Shown here: positions 9,053 to 19,343 of the stretch, piece by piece | Position numbering within the stretch: the stretch's first letter is position 1 | Layout of the letters: each line of letters begins with the position of its first letter | NCBI GenBank assembly: GCA_903907985.1 | Contig: CAIVQG010000022.1 | Location: 1,538 to 65,537, forward strand | Origin: an uncultured delta proteobacterium | GTDB lineage: Bacteria > Desulfobacterota > Syntrophia > Syntrophales > Smithellaceae | Length of the DNA: 64,000 bases | Direction of reading: 5' to 3' | Translations under genes and position numbers: made by a program | Notes under the pieces: generated by a model | Seen by the model: the letters and a program-made list of their open reading frames with translations, nothing else | The model's database searches: none | Told to the model about the DNA's origin: nothing

Positions 9053-10032
9053 GGCACAGTCTGGTTAAAAACACAATTCGTATCAGCAAACCATTCGTAT
9101 ATAGTTGCTTCGTATTATTAATCTTTGTTTTTCTTGCTTCCTGTTTGGCGCCTTCTTCCTATGTTCAAAAGGAACCGGCGAAAGGTGTTTATCATCGGGT
9201 AAAAAAAGGTGAAACATTTCGTGGCATTGCCCGTGCTTATGCTGTTAAAATACAGGATTTGGCCGAGGTAAACAATATCAGCAACCCCGGTCTAATCGAA
9301 GAAGGATCGGTTATTTTCATTCCTGATGCCAATCAGGTTATTGATGATGTTATTACTTCTGTAAAAAAAATAGATGCCGAAACAAAAACGGTGGCTAGGG
9401 CTGATAGCGCTGTAAAGGTTAAGCCGTCTCTGGAAAGCGAGAGTGGGAAAAAAGTCCGGAGCGCCACAGAAGACACCAGGGGTTCTGACAAAAAAGCATT
9501 ACTGCCTGCTGCTCCACAGGAAAAGGAGAAAATCGCCAGGTTGGTGCCAAGTGAAGACGTGTCGTCAACAGGACAAACTCCGGCGCGAAAGCCGGCGGAC
9601 GAAAAACTGGAACATAAAACTAAGTCAACTGGAGAAGAAAAAGAGGATATTCAATTTGAAAAAAAGCAATTTATTTGGCCGGTGCGCGGCAGTGTGAAAA
9701 CGCGCTTCGGGATTCAACCTAATAAAACTTATCACAATTGGGTAAAAATTGTTTCTGTCGCCGGAACTTCGGTTAAAGCCGCCGCATCAGGTATAGTTAT
9801 CTTTTCTGCGCAGTTAAAAGATTACGGCGAGACAATTATTGTCCGTCACGAAAACAGCTATGCTACTGTATATACGCATCTGAAGAAAAGATACGTTAAA
9901 ACTGATCAAAAAATTAAAAAAGGAGATGTAATTGCAATCATTGGAGAAACAGATGAAGCAGGCGATTCTTATATGAATTTTGAAGTGCGTCTGCATGGTA
10001 AAGCACGCAATCCTCTTTTTTTTCTACCTTAG
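9040..10032 (+). CDS. nlpD: NlpD-like lipoprotein (LysM + degenerate M23/LytM domain)
   Basis: Lipobox FLASC. LysM YHRVKKGETFRGIARAYAVKIQDLAEVNNI. C-terminal LytM fold (WPVRGSV..GDVIAIIGETD) in which the catalytic His motifs look degenerate (MNFEVR instead of LHFE). ATG 9040 preferred over 9007. Confidence 0.8.
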   Translation: MEGIGHSLVKNTIRISKPFVYSCFVLLIFVFLASCLAPSSYVQKEPAKGVYHRVKKGETFRGIARAYAVKIQDLAEVNNISNPGLIEEGSVIFIPDANQVIDDVITSVKKIDAETKTVARADSAVKVKPSLESESGKKVRSATEDTRGSDKKALLPAAPQEKEKIARLVPSEDVSSTGQTPARKPADEKLEHKTKSTGEEKEDIQFEKKQFIWPVRGSVKTRFGIQPNKTYHNWVKIVSVAGTSVKAAASGIVIFSAQLKDYGETIIVRHENSYATVYTHLKKRYVKTDQKIKKGDVIAIIGETDEAGDSYMNFEVRLHGKARNPLFFLP

Positions 10033-10234
10033 TAATTTCAGTAGATTTGCCAGAAAAATATTAAATAACCATTAAATATTATTAACTATTATAACAATCT
10101 AATCAATCATTTAGCTTACATAAGATTCCAGGCCATTTTTTTTGCCCGATAGTATTAAATAGTATTAATCATTGACTAAAAATTAAAATGGTGGTAGTCT
10201 GTTACGTTCTTAAGGAAAGGCAGGTAAATGAAAA

Positions 10235-10720
10235 ATGTTTAAAGTAGGGGATTTGGCAGTATATCCTGCGCAGGGCGTCGGAGTCATTGAAGCTATTGAA
10301 AACAGGGAAGTAATGGGGAAGAAGCAACCCTTTTATATTATGAAAATCATGGGTAATGGCATGAAAATAATGATCCCGACAACAAGTGCCGAGGCTGTAG
10401 GTTTGCGCGAAGTCATTTTGGAAAAAGAAATACCCAGAGTATATGAAATTCTACGCAACAAAGATGTTACGATAGACAAGCAAACCTGGAATAAGCGTTA
10501 CCGGGAGTACCTGGAAAAAATTAAAACAGGCTCCGTATTTGAAATAGCCAGTGTTTTGCGTGACCTCTTTATATTGAAAAGCGACAAGAATCTTTCCTTT
10601 GGTGAACGGAAAATGATGGATACTGCAAAAAATTTGCTGGTTAAGGAAATTTCCGTGGCGACCAACAAGCGCGAAGACAAGGTTGAACAAGATTTACAGA
10701 CTATTTTTACCGTACAATAA
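10235..10720 (+). CDS. carD: CarD/CdnL family transcriptional regulator
   Basis: MFKVGDLAVYPAQGVGVIEAIE..FYIMKI. 161 aa. Confidence 0.85.
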   Translation: MFKVGDLAVYPAQGVGVIEAIENREVMGKKQPFYIMKIMGNGMKIMIPTTSAEAVGLREVILEKEIPRVYEILRNKDVTIDKQTWNKRYREYLEKIKTGSVFEIASVLRDLFILKSDKNLSFGERKMMDTAKNLLVKEISVATNKREDKVEQDLQTIFTVQ

Positions 10721-10888
10721 TTTATTGTTCTATGACCACCTTGAAGAAGTGTTCTTTGAAAATCAAAAAAAGAGTAAATCGTCTTTCCTGAATAATTTAA
10801 AGGAAACCGCAAATACTGCCTCTGTTTTTTGAGAAACCGATATTTATGAACTGCAGCGAAATGTACAAAAATAGAAAATAATATCTGT

Positions 10889-11935
10889 ATGAAGGAGGTG
10901 AGACGGTTGGTCATAAGAATTCTCTTGGTTTTGGCTTGCTCCATAAGTGGTTCCGCTATTGCCTACTATACGGCATCTCCGAATTCATCATATTTAATTG
11001 TTCAATCGATTATCGGCTTAATTATCGGATTATTTGTTGCCTTATTGGTGATACGGCTGGAGAAAGACCTTCGTAAAATCTCGCTTAGAATTATTCTTGG
11101 TGGGGTTATCGGCATGATCATCGGTCTGCTGACGGCGTTAATCTTGGGCTTCGGCCTGAATATGGTCAGTAAGATCAGAGAAAATCAGCAAATTATTCCG
11201 TGGATTTATCTGCTTTTAACCGGGATATTAGGATATCTTGGTCTCGTTTTGGGATCAAAAAAAATTGAGGAATTTAACTTTCGGGGAAGCAGCTTAAAAA
11301 CGGAGTCAGAACAAAGAATTTTGGACACAAGTGTTATAATTGACGGAAGGATTGCTGATATTTGCGACAGTGGGTTTATGGAAGGAGTATTAATTGTTCC
11401 TCGTTTTGTGTTAAATGAATTGCAGTTTGTTGCCGATTCTTCTGATTCCATAAAACGGTCGCGTGGACGCCGCGGGCTGGACGTCTTAAACCGGATGCAA
11501 AAAAGTTCGACCATTCACATTGAAATTGTTGAACAGGATTTTCCGCGAATCAAGGGTGTGGATGGAAAATTGGTGGCCTTAGCGCAGAAGATTAATGCCA
11601 AACTTTTAACCAATGATTTCAACCTGAACAAAGTGGCGGAATTACAGGGAGTCCGGGTCCTGAACATCAATGAACTGGCGAATGCCCTGAAACCGGTTGT
11701 CCTGCCGGGCGAGCAAATGGCTGTTAAGATTATTCGCGAAGGTAAAGAGCATGGGCAGGGTGTCGGTTATCTGGATGATGGTACGATGATCATTGTGGAT
11801 AGTGCCCAGAAACTGCTCAATACAAATGTGGAAGTAGTTGTTACCAGCGTATTGCAGACAACTGCCGGCCGCATGATTTTTTCGGAATTAAAAGAAGCGG
11901 CGGAAAAGAAGAATAATCAAAATTCAAAGACCTGA
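10889..11935 (+). CDS. PIN/TRAM domain membrane protein (YacL-like)
   Basis: N-terminal TM helices. PIN segment ILDTSVIIDGRIADI..VPRFVLNELQ. C-terminal TRAM-like GEQMAVKIIREGKEHGQGVGYLDDGTMIIV. Sits upstream of ispDF, as yacL does in Bacillus. Confidence 0.8.
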   Translation: MKEVRRLVIRILLVLACSISGSAIAYYTASPNSSYLIVQSIIGLIIGLFVALLVIRLEKDLRKISLRIILGGVIGMIIGLLTALILGFGLNMVSKIRENQQIIPWIYLLLTGILGYLGLVLGSKKIEEFNFRGSSLKTESEQRILDTSVIIDGRIADICDSGFMEGVLIVPRFVLNELQFVADSSDSIKRSRGRRGLDVLNRMQKSSTIHIEIVEQDFPRIKGVDGKLVALAQKINAKLLTNDFNLNKVAELQGVRVLNINELANALKPVVLPGEQMAVKIIREGKEHGQGVGYLDDGTMIIVDSAQKLLNTNVEVVVTSVLQTTAGRMIFSELKEAAEKKNNQNSKT

Positions 11936-12080
11936 TGTTCTTTAATCAAATATTTAAATCGATACTGATATCAATTTTTAACAAAGAAATCGATTTGAGA
12001 TGTACGTAAGATAAAGCCGACAAAGATAACACTTTGCTTTGGAATTGGATAAGGACGGGAAAAAGTACCTTTGGCCAATA

Positions 12081-12116
12081 AGCCCGGGAAAAACATTTTC
12101 CGGGCTTTTGCTTTTT
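12081..12116 (+). terminator. candidate rho-independent terminator after the PIN/TRAM gene
   Basis: AGCCCGG(GAAAA)..(TTTTC)CGGGCT stem followed by TTTGCTTTTT. Confidence 0.45.
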
Positions 12117-12127
12117 GAAGGACAATT

Positions 12128-13315
12128 ATGAAAACAGTGGCAATTATACCTGCCGGTGGCGCCGGCCGTAGATTAAAATCCGGGATAGCCAAGCAATATC
12201 AGCAGTTAGAGAAGCTGCCGGTATTAGTGCATGCACTCAAAGTATTGGAGCAGACAGCGGTTATCAATGAAATAATTCTGGTTGTTCCGGAATCTGACAT
12301 AGAATTTGTCCGGAAAGAGTTTGTAATAAAAAACGATTTGAAAAAAGTGGCAAAGATTATTGCCGGTGGCACCGAGCGGCAGGATTCAGTGAGAAACGGC
12401 CTCGCTGCTATTGACAATCAATGTGATATTGTCCTGGTTCATGATGGAGTGAGACCTTTCGTTACGTCGGAAATGATCAGCCGGGTTGTTGAAGTTGCCT
12501 GCGAGTGTCAGGCTGTTGCGGTTGGAGTTCCGCCTAAAGATACGATCAAGGAAACGCAGAATGATGATCTTGTAGTGAAAACAGTGCCGCGGCAGAATTT
12601 ATGGCTTGTCCAAACTCCGCAGGCTTTTACTTTTGCCGTCTTGAAAGAGGCCTATGAGGCGGCTTATCAGAATGATTATTACGGCACTGATGATGCATCT
12701 TTAGTTGAGCGAATCGGCGTAAGAGTTAAGATGATAGCCGGTTCCTATGAAAATATTAAAATTACAACCCCGGAAGATTTAATCATTGCGGAAGCTTTGC
12801 TAAAAAACAAATTTGGGGGAGAAATGCAAATTCGCACCGGTTTTGGTTATGACAGTCACCGCTTTGCCGGGGGAAGAAAACTTATTCTTGGTGGTATTGA
12901 TATTCCTCATGATCAGGGCCTGCAGGGGCATTCCGATGCCGATGCCTTGATTCATGCTGTTTGTGATGCGATTTTGGGGGCGGTGGGCGCGGGTGATATC
13001 GGCCGGCACTTTCCCGATACCGATCCGGCCTACAAAGGTATTTCCAGTATGATTCTTCTGGAACGTGTGCGAGAAATGATCATGGCGAAATATTTTTGCA
13101 TCATTAATATCGATGCTTCGATTATCATGGAGAAGCCGAAACTGGCTCCCTTTGCCGGTGAGATTGCCGCAAATCTTGCAAAAGCTTTAAATCTGTCTGC
13201 TGCCGCTGTCAATGTTAAAGCCAAAACAAATGAGGGCATGGGGTTTGTGGGCAGGAAGGAAGGTGTGGTTGTCTTTGCGGTGGCCACAGTAATGGAAAGG
13301 AAAAATAATGGCTGA
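12128..13315 (+). CDS. ispDF: bifunctional MEP cytidylyltransferase / MEcPP synthase
   Basis: IspD N-terminus AIIPAGGAGRRL..VLVHDGVRPF. IspF C-terminus GFGYDSHRF..GHSDADALIHA..GDIGRHFPDTDP. Confidence 0.95.
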   Translation: MKTVAIIPAGGAGRRLKSGIAKQYQQLEKLPVLVHALKVLEQTAVINEIILVVPESDIEFVRKEFVIKNDLKKVAKIIAGGTERQDSVRNGLAAIDNQCDIVLVHDGVRPFVTSEMISRVVEVACECQAVAVGVPPKDTIKETQNDDLVVKTVPRQNLWLVQTPQAFTFAVLKEAYEAAYQNDYYGTDDASLVERIGVRVKMIAGSYENIKITTPEDLIIAEALLKNKFGGEMQIRTGFGYDSHRFAGGRKLILGGIDIPHDQGLQGHSDADALIHAVCDAILGAVGAGDIGRHFPDTDPAYKGISSMILLERVREMIMAKYFCIINIDASIIMEKPKLAPFAGEIAANLAKALNLSAAAVNVKAKTNEGMGFVGRKEGVVVFAVATVMERKNNG

Positions 13316-14744
13316 TAAGCCCAGAGTAAGATTTGCGCCATCACCGACGGGAGAATTGCATGTTGGTAATGCGCGCACAGCCCTGTTTAATTGGATGTTT
13401 GCCCGCCATCATGGCGGTGATTTTATCTTGCGCATCGAAGATACTGATGAAACTCGCAGCGCGCTTTCATACCAGGTAAATTTGCTCAATGACTTAACTT
13501 GGCTAGGTCTGGATTGGGACGAAGGACCGCAAAAAGAGGGAGCTTACGGCCCTTATAAACAAAGTGAGCGGCTCGATATCTACGCGCGCCATTTGCAGCA
13601 GCTTGAGTCCGCCGATCTGGTTTATCCCTGCTATTGTACGGAGGAAGAACTCGAAGAAGAGAGGCAGGCATTAATCTTGAGCAAGCGTATGCCCCGCTAT
13701 ATGGGCAAATGCCGTCAGCTTACGCGGGATGAGAGAAAACAAAAAGAAGATGCAGGCAGAAAGCCGTCATTCCGTTTTAAAGTTCCTGATGAAACATTTC
13801 AGTTTGCCGATTTAATCCGCGGGGCGATGAAGTTTGAAGGCACGGCCATTGGCGATTTTATCATTGTCCGTTCCAACGGCATGCCCGCCTACAATTTTGC
13901 GGTAGTTATTGACGATCACCTCATGGGCATCACGCATGTTATCCGCGGTGAAGATCATTTGTCCAATACGGCATTGCAAATCATGCTCTACAAAGCTTTC
14001 GGTTTTGTGCCGCCAACTTTTGCGCATCATTGCCTGATCCTGGGTAAAGATCGAGCCAAGTTAAGCAAACGCCATGGGTCGGTTTCTGTCGGCGAATTCC
14101 GCAAACAGGGTATTTTACCCGAAGCGCTGATGAATTACCTGGGACTGCTGGGCAGCTCTTTTACCGAAGGACGCGAAGTATTATCCCGTGAGGAAATGAT
14201 GGCCGCTTTTTCATTAGATCGCGCATCCAAAAGCGGCGCAATATTTGATGAAGAGAAACTGCACTGGCTCAACGCCATTTACATTCGTAATTGTCCTACG
14301 GAAAATTTAGTTTCGCGGCTGCAGCCTTTTTTAGAGCAGGCGGGTTATTCCACTGATGCTCTCGATCCGGTATTGCTCTATGGGGTTGTTGATTTGATTA
14401 AGAATGATTTGACGACACTTTCCGCCATCGGTAACCATATCAGCTTTTTCTTCGATGATGAGTATGAAATCACCGCCGAGGCCAGACAAATACTGGAAAA
14501 GGAAAGTGCCCTTCGTGTTTTAAAGACTTTTGCTGAATATCTGAAAAACAGCGCGGAAGCCGTACAGGAAATTTACCCCGCGGCCATAAAACATCTTAAA
14601 GAAAAAACCGGTGTCAAAGGCAAAGATTTATTTATGCCTATTCGCGCCGCTCTCACCGGCCGTAATCATGGCCCGGAACTCGATCGAGTGTTTGCGATAC
14701 TGGGTAAGAATGCTGCTTTAAAAAGGCTGAACCCTTTTGTTTGA
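13308..14744 (+). CDS. gltX: glutamate--tRNA ligase
   Basis: RFAPSPTGELHVGNARTALFNW (HIGH region) and KLSKRHG (KMSKS). Overlaps the ispDF stop. Confidence 0.95.
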   Translation: MADKPRVRFAPSPTGELHVGNARTALFNWMFARHHGGDFILRIEDTDETRSALSYQVNLLNDLTWLGLDWDEGPQKEGAYGPYKQSERLDIYARHLQQLESADLVYPCYCTEEELEEERQALILSKRMPRYMGKCRQLTRDERKQKEDAGRKPSFRFKVPDETFQFADLIRGAMKFEGTAIGDFIIVRSNGMPAYNFAVVIDDHLMGITHVIRGEDHLSNTALQIMLYKAFGFVPPTFAHHCLILGKDRAKLSKRHGSVSVGEFRKQGILPEALMNYLGLLGSSFTEGREVLSREEMMAAFSLDRASKSGAIFDEEKLHWLNAIYIRNCPTENLVSRLQPFLEQAGYSTDALDPVLLYGVVDLIKNDLTTLSAIGNHISFFFDDEYEITAEARQILEKESALRVLKTFAEYLKNSAEAVQEIYPAAIKHLKEKTGVKGKDLFMPIRAALTGRNHGPELDRVFAILGKNAALKRLNPFV

Positions 14745-14757
14745 GAAGTAGGTTGTT

Positions 14758-14989
14758 ATGAAAGAAGCAGCAAAGCTCGCTTTATGTGGTCTGCCTGATC
14801 TTTTCCCTGATCAAATGGTATATAATTCCTCTCTTGTCCTTTGTTTTTTTATGTTTACACCCGGGAAATCAAAGAAGCGCGCCGGAGTCAGGACTGGAAC
14901 GCGGTACTGGCCGGGTTGACGATTTTCGGCGTTGATTTCTTTAGCGAGACCTGGAACGGCTGGATCCTGCATTTTACCGGGCGCTCCGC
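14758..14989 (+). pseudogene. decayed duplicate of the 5' end of the membrane-protein gene at 25517
   Basis: 232 nt alignable to 25517-25746, roughly 85-90% identity by eye. Two 1-nt insertions break the frame; ORF 14841-15032 carries the in-frame remainder YVYTREIKEARRS.DWNAVLAG.TIFGVDFF.ETWNGWILHFTGRSA. Homology stops abruptly at 14989. Confidence 0.7.
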
Positions 14990-15004
14990 ATCAACATTGC
15001 CTCT

Positions 15005-15682
15005 TTATTTTTGCGCCTTGACGATTACGTAAGGACAGGTTCCTATATTCTGCATCTGAATATTTTTAAATCCCGCCGCTTTGAAAAAAGCAACGATTTC
15101 CTGTTGCGAATAGCTTTCACCGAAAATTATATGGCGCAATCCCCAGGAGAGAAGGAGATTCCAGAGGTACCATGCCTTGAAGCGCGCCATGAATCGTCTT
15201 AAGGCCTCGTCCGACACCTCTTTGTCCGTTTCTGAGATAACCGCCCAGCCTCCTGGTGCGAGAACACGTCTCATCTCGGATACGCCTTTCTGAGGATCCG
15301 GCCAGTGCTTGATGGAACCGACACTAACGACGGCAGCGAAGTGATCTTCTATGAAGGGTATCTCCATGGCATTTCCCCGCTGGTAACGGCAGTTCCCGAC
15401 ATCCATTTTCTTTCTTAGCCGTTCTGCTGCCCGGATCTGCATAGGCGAAAAATCTATCCCCACGACGGATGTCATGGGGAAGTGCGCTGCCAATTGCAGT
15501 GCCATGTATCCTCGGCCGGTTCCGATGTCAAGAATTTGCGAATCCGTGTCAACATCGATATTCAAAGAGATATGATCGTAGAGTTCAAAAATGGCGTTAT
15601 ATATCTGCCGATTGTAGATCGGTCCGAACATGTCCCAAAGCCATCGGGCATCTCTTGCTTTAACGAGGAGCTTCTTGAACAT
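15005..15682 (-). CDS. class I SAM-dependent methyltransferase
   Basis: ILDIGTGRGYMALQLA, VVGIDFSPMQI and VVSVGSIKHW motifs. Confidence 0.75.
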   Translation of the reverse strand: MFKKLLVKARDARWLWDMFGPIYNRQIYNAIFELYDHISLNIDVDTDSQILDIGTGRGYMALQLAAHFPMTSVVGIDFSPMQIRAAERLRKKMDVGNCRYQRGNAMEIPFIEDHFAAVVSVGSIKHWPDPQKGVSEMRRVLAPGGWAVISETDKEVSDEALRRFMARFKAWYLWNLLLSWGLRHIIFGESYSQQEIVAFFKAAGFKNIQMQNIGTCPYVIVKAQK

Positions 15683-16327
15683 TGATAATCCCTATTCCAT
15701 CAAGTTCTAATACAAGATACTCAATCATCAGCGCCATGATGATCCCCATGATGACGGGTGTTGCCACGGAAACCATTGTATCCCAAGAGAATGGTCTCCC
15801 AAAATGGATCATCTGTCTTTCAGTCCGCATCTGAACCGCACAAGAGGAGACGCTAGCGATTTATAGCCGCAATGCCTTCGTAAATATCCCCGATCGGCGG
15901 TGCTACCATGAGTGCCTCGACGTCGACTAACAGCTGCAAAATTTTTAATAAGACATTGCTTCAGCATGTTTGAAATATAGGAAGTCTGGCCTTGTATGTC
16001 AAGAAAATCTTGACCATAAGATGTGGGTTGTTGCATAGATGACAGGGTTGAAGGCATATTGCATCGTCCGTCTTTTTGAGAAATCCGTTTATCTTGTGGC
16101 TGAGTTATCTAAAAAATAAGTGTTTTTTACAGAATTCAGGCAGACCCTTCCAGCACGTCTCGTTTTCACAATGCGTTAGGACTGAATGTGTTTATTCCAA
16201 GTGTATTCTGGGTCGCCGTAGATAGTATCAGCGTGTTCGTTCCGGGGCGCTCCCTGCGGGCTTCCGCAACATGTCCCCGCATGACGCCTGGGTGCTGTAA
16301 CGCACCAGATTTTCCATTGCTGTTTTG

Positions 16328-16522
16328 TCATTGGGTGATATATGATTGCCGCAGAAGAAGTTGAAGCCGGAATGTTTTCACGCAGACAAAACCATTGTGC
16401 AAATCTCCCCCGTATCGGGGTCCGGGGCAGGCTGCATTCAGATAACTGTAGATCACCTGCTCGACATAAAGCCGCCGGAATCCATACTGCCGTGAGAATT
16501 GTTCATCATATGTCTGGACGAA
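16328..16522 (-). pseudogene. possible remnant of an IS91-family-type transposase N-terminal (zinc-binding) region
   Basis: The minus-strand frame reads FVQTYDEQFSRQYGFRRLYVEQVIYSYLNAACPGPRYGGDLHNGFVCVKTF. This resembles the F..Y...YG.LR...V...L.CG.L..GF segment of that family as I recall it, but the Cys ligands are lost and there is no start. The surrounding 15.7-16.6 kb has no intact ORF. Confidence 0.25.
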
Positions 16523-16649
16523 GGTTACAGCGGGGGCATTCCTATCGAGAGGATATAAATTGCATCAAACATCATTCGTTACTCAATTGTCTTTTTTTCG
16601 GTAATAGTATAAGGACATGGACGAAGGTAACGATATAGGCGTATAGATT

Positions 16650-17477
16650 ATGACGAATTGTCCTGAAGATAAATTCATTCATATTGACGGTTTGCGTCTT
16701 CATTACCTGGAGTGGGGCAATGGGCATCCGGTAACCATGCTTTTGCTACACGGCATTGGCAATGACGCCCATGTTTGGGATCATTTTGCCCAGAATGTTG
16801 CGAACCGAATCAGAATCATCGCACTGGATCAAAGAGGTCACGGACTGAGTGACTGGCCGATGCCGCCTGCTTACCGCTGCGAAGACTACGTGGCCGATGT
16901 TGATAAATTAGTCTATGCTCTTCAATTGAATGAGCTAATTCTGATGGGACATTCTATGGGGGCTTTGCATGCAATCAATTATGCCGCCATGCAACCGGGA
17001 AAAGTGGCCTGCCTCATTCATGCCGATATTGAACCATGCCCACCCGACTGGAACAAAAAATATCTCCTCAACCTCTATGAAAATTTACCGCACTTCTATG
17101 AATCTATTCACGACTACGTTCAAGAGGCGCAAAAAAACAGTCCCTATGCGGATGAGGCATTGCTTTACCGCATTGCCTCATCCGCCCTTGAGGAGGGGAA
17201 AGACGGCAAGTTGAGATCTCGATTCGACCGGGAGGTTCTGCTTCACTTCGATCGGTACGATCAACGCCCATACCTCAGGGACATTCGGTGTCCATCCCTC
17301 ATCATTCGTGGTAAAGAAAGCCGCGTAATGCGGCATGAAATTGCTAAGGAAATGAGTGAGATTATCCATAAAGGAAGCTTTGCAGAAATACCTAAAGCAA
17401 CCCATCCTGTGCACTTGGACAATCCCGTTGAGTTTCTGAGGGTAGTATCGGAATTTTTGCAGTCGATATTCCATTGA
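16650..17477 (+). CDS. alpha/beta hydrolase
   Basis: LLLHGIGNDAHVWDHF, nucleophile elbow GHSMGA, and C-terminal ATHPVHLDNP. Confidence 0.8.
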   Translation: MTNCPEDKFIHIDGLRLHYLEWGNGHPVTMLLLHGIGNDAHVWDHFAQNVANRIRIIALDQRGHGLSDWPMPPAYRCEDYVADVDKLVYALQLNELILMGHSMGALHAINYAAMQPGKVACLIHADIEPCPPDWNKKYLLNLYENLPHFYESIHDYVQEAQKNSPYADEALLYRIASSALEEGKDGKLRSRFDREVLLHFDRYDQRPYLRDIRCPSLIIRGKESRVMRHEIAKEMSEIIHKGSFAEIPKATHPVHLDNPVEFLRVVSEFLQSIFH

Positions 17478-17542
17478 CATCCAAGCCTGTATTCCCTATA
17501 GTTCTCAATAAATATGCGTATGAGACCTTCATGGAGGAAAAT

Positions 17543-17869
17543 ATGGAGTTGATGGTCCGTAAAGAAGAAAACGCTGTTATAGTATCTGTAATCGGTTGGA
17601 TGGATGCCGTGGCGGCACCGCAGTTTGATAAACGGCTTGAGACACTTATGGAGGAAGGCGAAACACGCATCATTATCGATTTCAAAGACCTGGAATACAT
17701 AAGTAGCGCCGGCCTGCAGACAATCCTCGCCGCGGCAAAAAAAATGGAAGAGGTTAACGGCGAAATTGTGCTGTTGCATCTTAAAGATGCCGTGAAAGAG
17801 GTCTTTGAAATATCGGGATTTGATATGATATTTCGTGTTTTTGACGACCAGGATGCAGCTCTGGCCTGA
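17543..17869 (+). CDS. STAS-domain anti-sigma-factor antagonist (RsbV/SpoIIAA-like)
   Basis: IIDFKDLEYISSAGLQTILAAAKK (phosphorylatable Ser context). The ~109-aa size fits a start at 17543 (GGAGGA upstream). Alternative starts are 17531 or TTG 17474, which overlaps the hydrolase stop. Confidence 0.8.
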   Translation: MELMVRKEENAVIVSVIGWMDAVAAPQFDKRLETLMEEGETRIIIDFKDLEYISSAGLQTILAAAKKMEEVNGEIVLLHLKDAVKEVFEISGFDMIFRVFDDQDAALA

Positions 17870-17883
17870 TATTGATCTTATAA

Positions 17884-18348
17884 GTGGGCACTATGTTATC
17901 CATAAAACTAAAGGCGACCCTCGCCAACCTGGAAGAGTTTACTAATTCTGTCTTCGAGTGGCTCAGAAGCTATGATGTGTCACAAAAACAAATTATGTCG
18001 ATTGAACTGGCCCTGGAAGAGGCCCTGGTGAATGTTTGCCTCTATGCATATCAGGAGCGGACCGGCGATGTGGAAGTACGCTGCCTCTTCGTAGATGACG
18101 ATCGATTCCTGATTGAAATTATAGATTCCGGCATACCATTCGATGTCTGTACTCTGCCGACGCCTGATCTAAAGGCTTGCATTGCTGAACGTAAGATTGG
18201 TGGTTTGGGGGTCCATTTTATAAGAAAAATGGCAACTAGTATTGAATACCACAGAAAGGATGGATTTAACATCCTTTCTCTTACTTTTAAGGCGGTGCCC
18301 GACCGTGGGACGGGGATGGTGACATTGCGACATAATACAGGTAATTGA
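17884..18348 (+). CDS. anti-sigma regulatory Ser/Thr kinase (RsbW/SpoIIAB-like, HATPase_c)
   Basis: ELALEEALVNVCLYAY (N-box), EIIDSGIPFD, and GGLGVHFIRKMATSIEY. Start is GTG 17884 or ATG 17893. Confidence 0.8.
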   Translation: MGTMLSIKLKATLANLEEFTNSVFEWLRSYDVSQKQIMSIELALEEALVNVCLYAYQERTGDVEVRCLFVDDDRFLIEIIDSGIPFDVCTLPTPDLKACIAERKIGGLGVHFIRKMATSIEYHRKDGFNILSLTFKAVPDRGTGMVTLRHNTGN

Positions 18349-18386
18349 TGTTTGTTTGATACATCTAATCCTTTTGGGACAACGTT

Positions 18387-19343
18387 ATGAATACTGATGA
18401 TACTAAGACAAAGATCAGGGTTGAGCAATACTTGCGGGCGTCCATCCTCAACGATGTAGTTGAGCTGGAAAAACGTGTCTGGAAAAGGGAAGGTTACCGT
18501 GAAGTAAACGCCCCCATGCTCTACTTTGAACTGGCCTATATCACGAACGGACTTGTTCTGACTGCCTTCGACGATGGAATTTACGGTATGGAGGAACGAA
18601 AACAGATGGCCCTTGAAGACCCATGGTACGGGGGGGATCATCCCATCGCCTTTCTCGTCTGCTTTGCCGACTTTGATCATAACGGTCCCTTCTGGTATGG
18701 TGCAAGAATGGGCGTGGATCAGCGTTACCAAGACAAAAACATTGGAGAAGCGATGGTTAGTAAACTCTATACTTGCGCGCAGGAACGGCGCATTTCACGC
18801 ATTCGCTGGACCTACGATCCCCTGCAAGCCAGGAACGGGCACATCTATCTCCGCAGGATGGGCGGGCTTGTAAAAGAAATCGGTTTCAACTACTACAGCG
18901 CCGTATTTACCAACGACCAATTCAACCGGGGTATTTCCACGGACCGCTTTGTCGTAGAATGGGACATCAATTCAGAACGAGTTACCGAACGGATGCAAAA
19001 AGGGAAAGCTCCTGTTTTTGACGAATCACTGATTACGCAGGATAATACAATCAATGAGATCGATCTGGATGAACTAGGACTGGAACATCATGGCGAGAAA
19101 TGGCTTTTCCATGCAAAGGTATCACCCATATTCATTGAAATTCCATATGCCCAGGATCGCCTGCTCCAGGCAGACCGTACTAAGGCCCAGGCATTGCGGG
19201 ACAAGTGCCGCGCGCTGTTCATGCATTACTTGGCCAGGGGCTATGTCGTAAACGATTTTGTCCTGAAGAAAATGCCTGATGGCCGGCGCAGGGCATTCTA
19301 CCGGCTTGATCAGGAGGCGCAATGGCAAACATTGAGTCTATAA
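18387..19343 (+). CDS. GNAT-fold protein (COG3375-like predicted acetyltransferase)
   Basis: RWTYDPLQARNGHIYLRRMGGLVKEIGFNYYS..NRGISTDRFVVEW resembles the TFDPL..RNA.FN..KLGA...Y..FYG...SDR..V.W signature of that family. This is from memory. Confidence 0.5.
   Translation: MNTDDTKTKIRVEQYLRASILNDVVELEKRVWKREGYREVNAPMLYFELAYITNGLVLTAFDDGIYGMEERKQMALEDPWYGGDHPIAFLVCFADFDHNGPFWYGARMGVDQRYQDKNIGEAMVSKLYTCAQERRISRIRWTYDPLQARNGHIYLRRMGGLVKEIGFNYYSAVFTNDQFNRGISTDRFVVEWDINSERVTERMQKGKAPVFDESLITQDNTINEIDLDELGLEHHGEKWLFHAKVSPIFIEIPYAQDRLLQADRTKAQALRDKCRALFMHYLARGYVVNDFVLKKMPDGRRRAFYRLDQEAQWQTLSL

Noticed and set aside
12128-13315. ispD-ispF fusion as a novelty
   Set aside because: The bifunctional IspDF is a well-known arrangement in several bacterial lineages.
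18051-18731. 226-aa minus-strand ORF spanning the rsbW-like and GNAT-like genes
   Set aside because: It is antisense to two plus-strand genes with recognisable motifs, and it has low-complexity, unrecognisable sequence.
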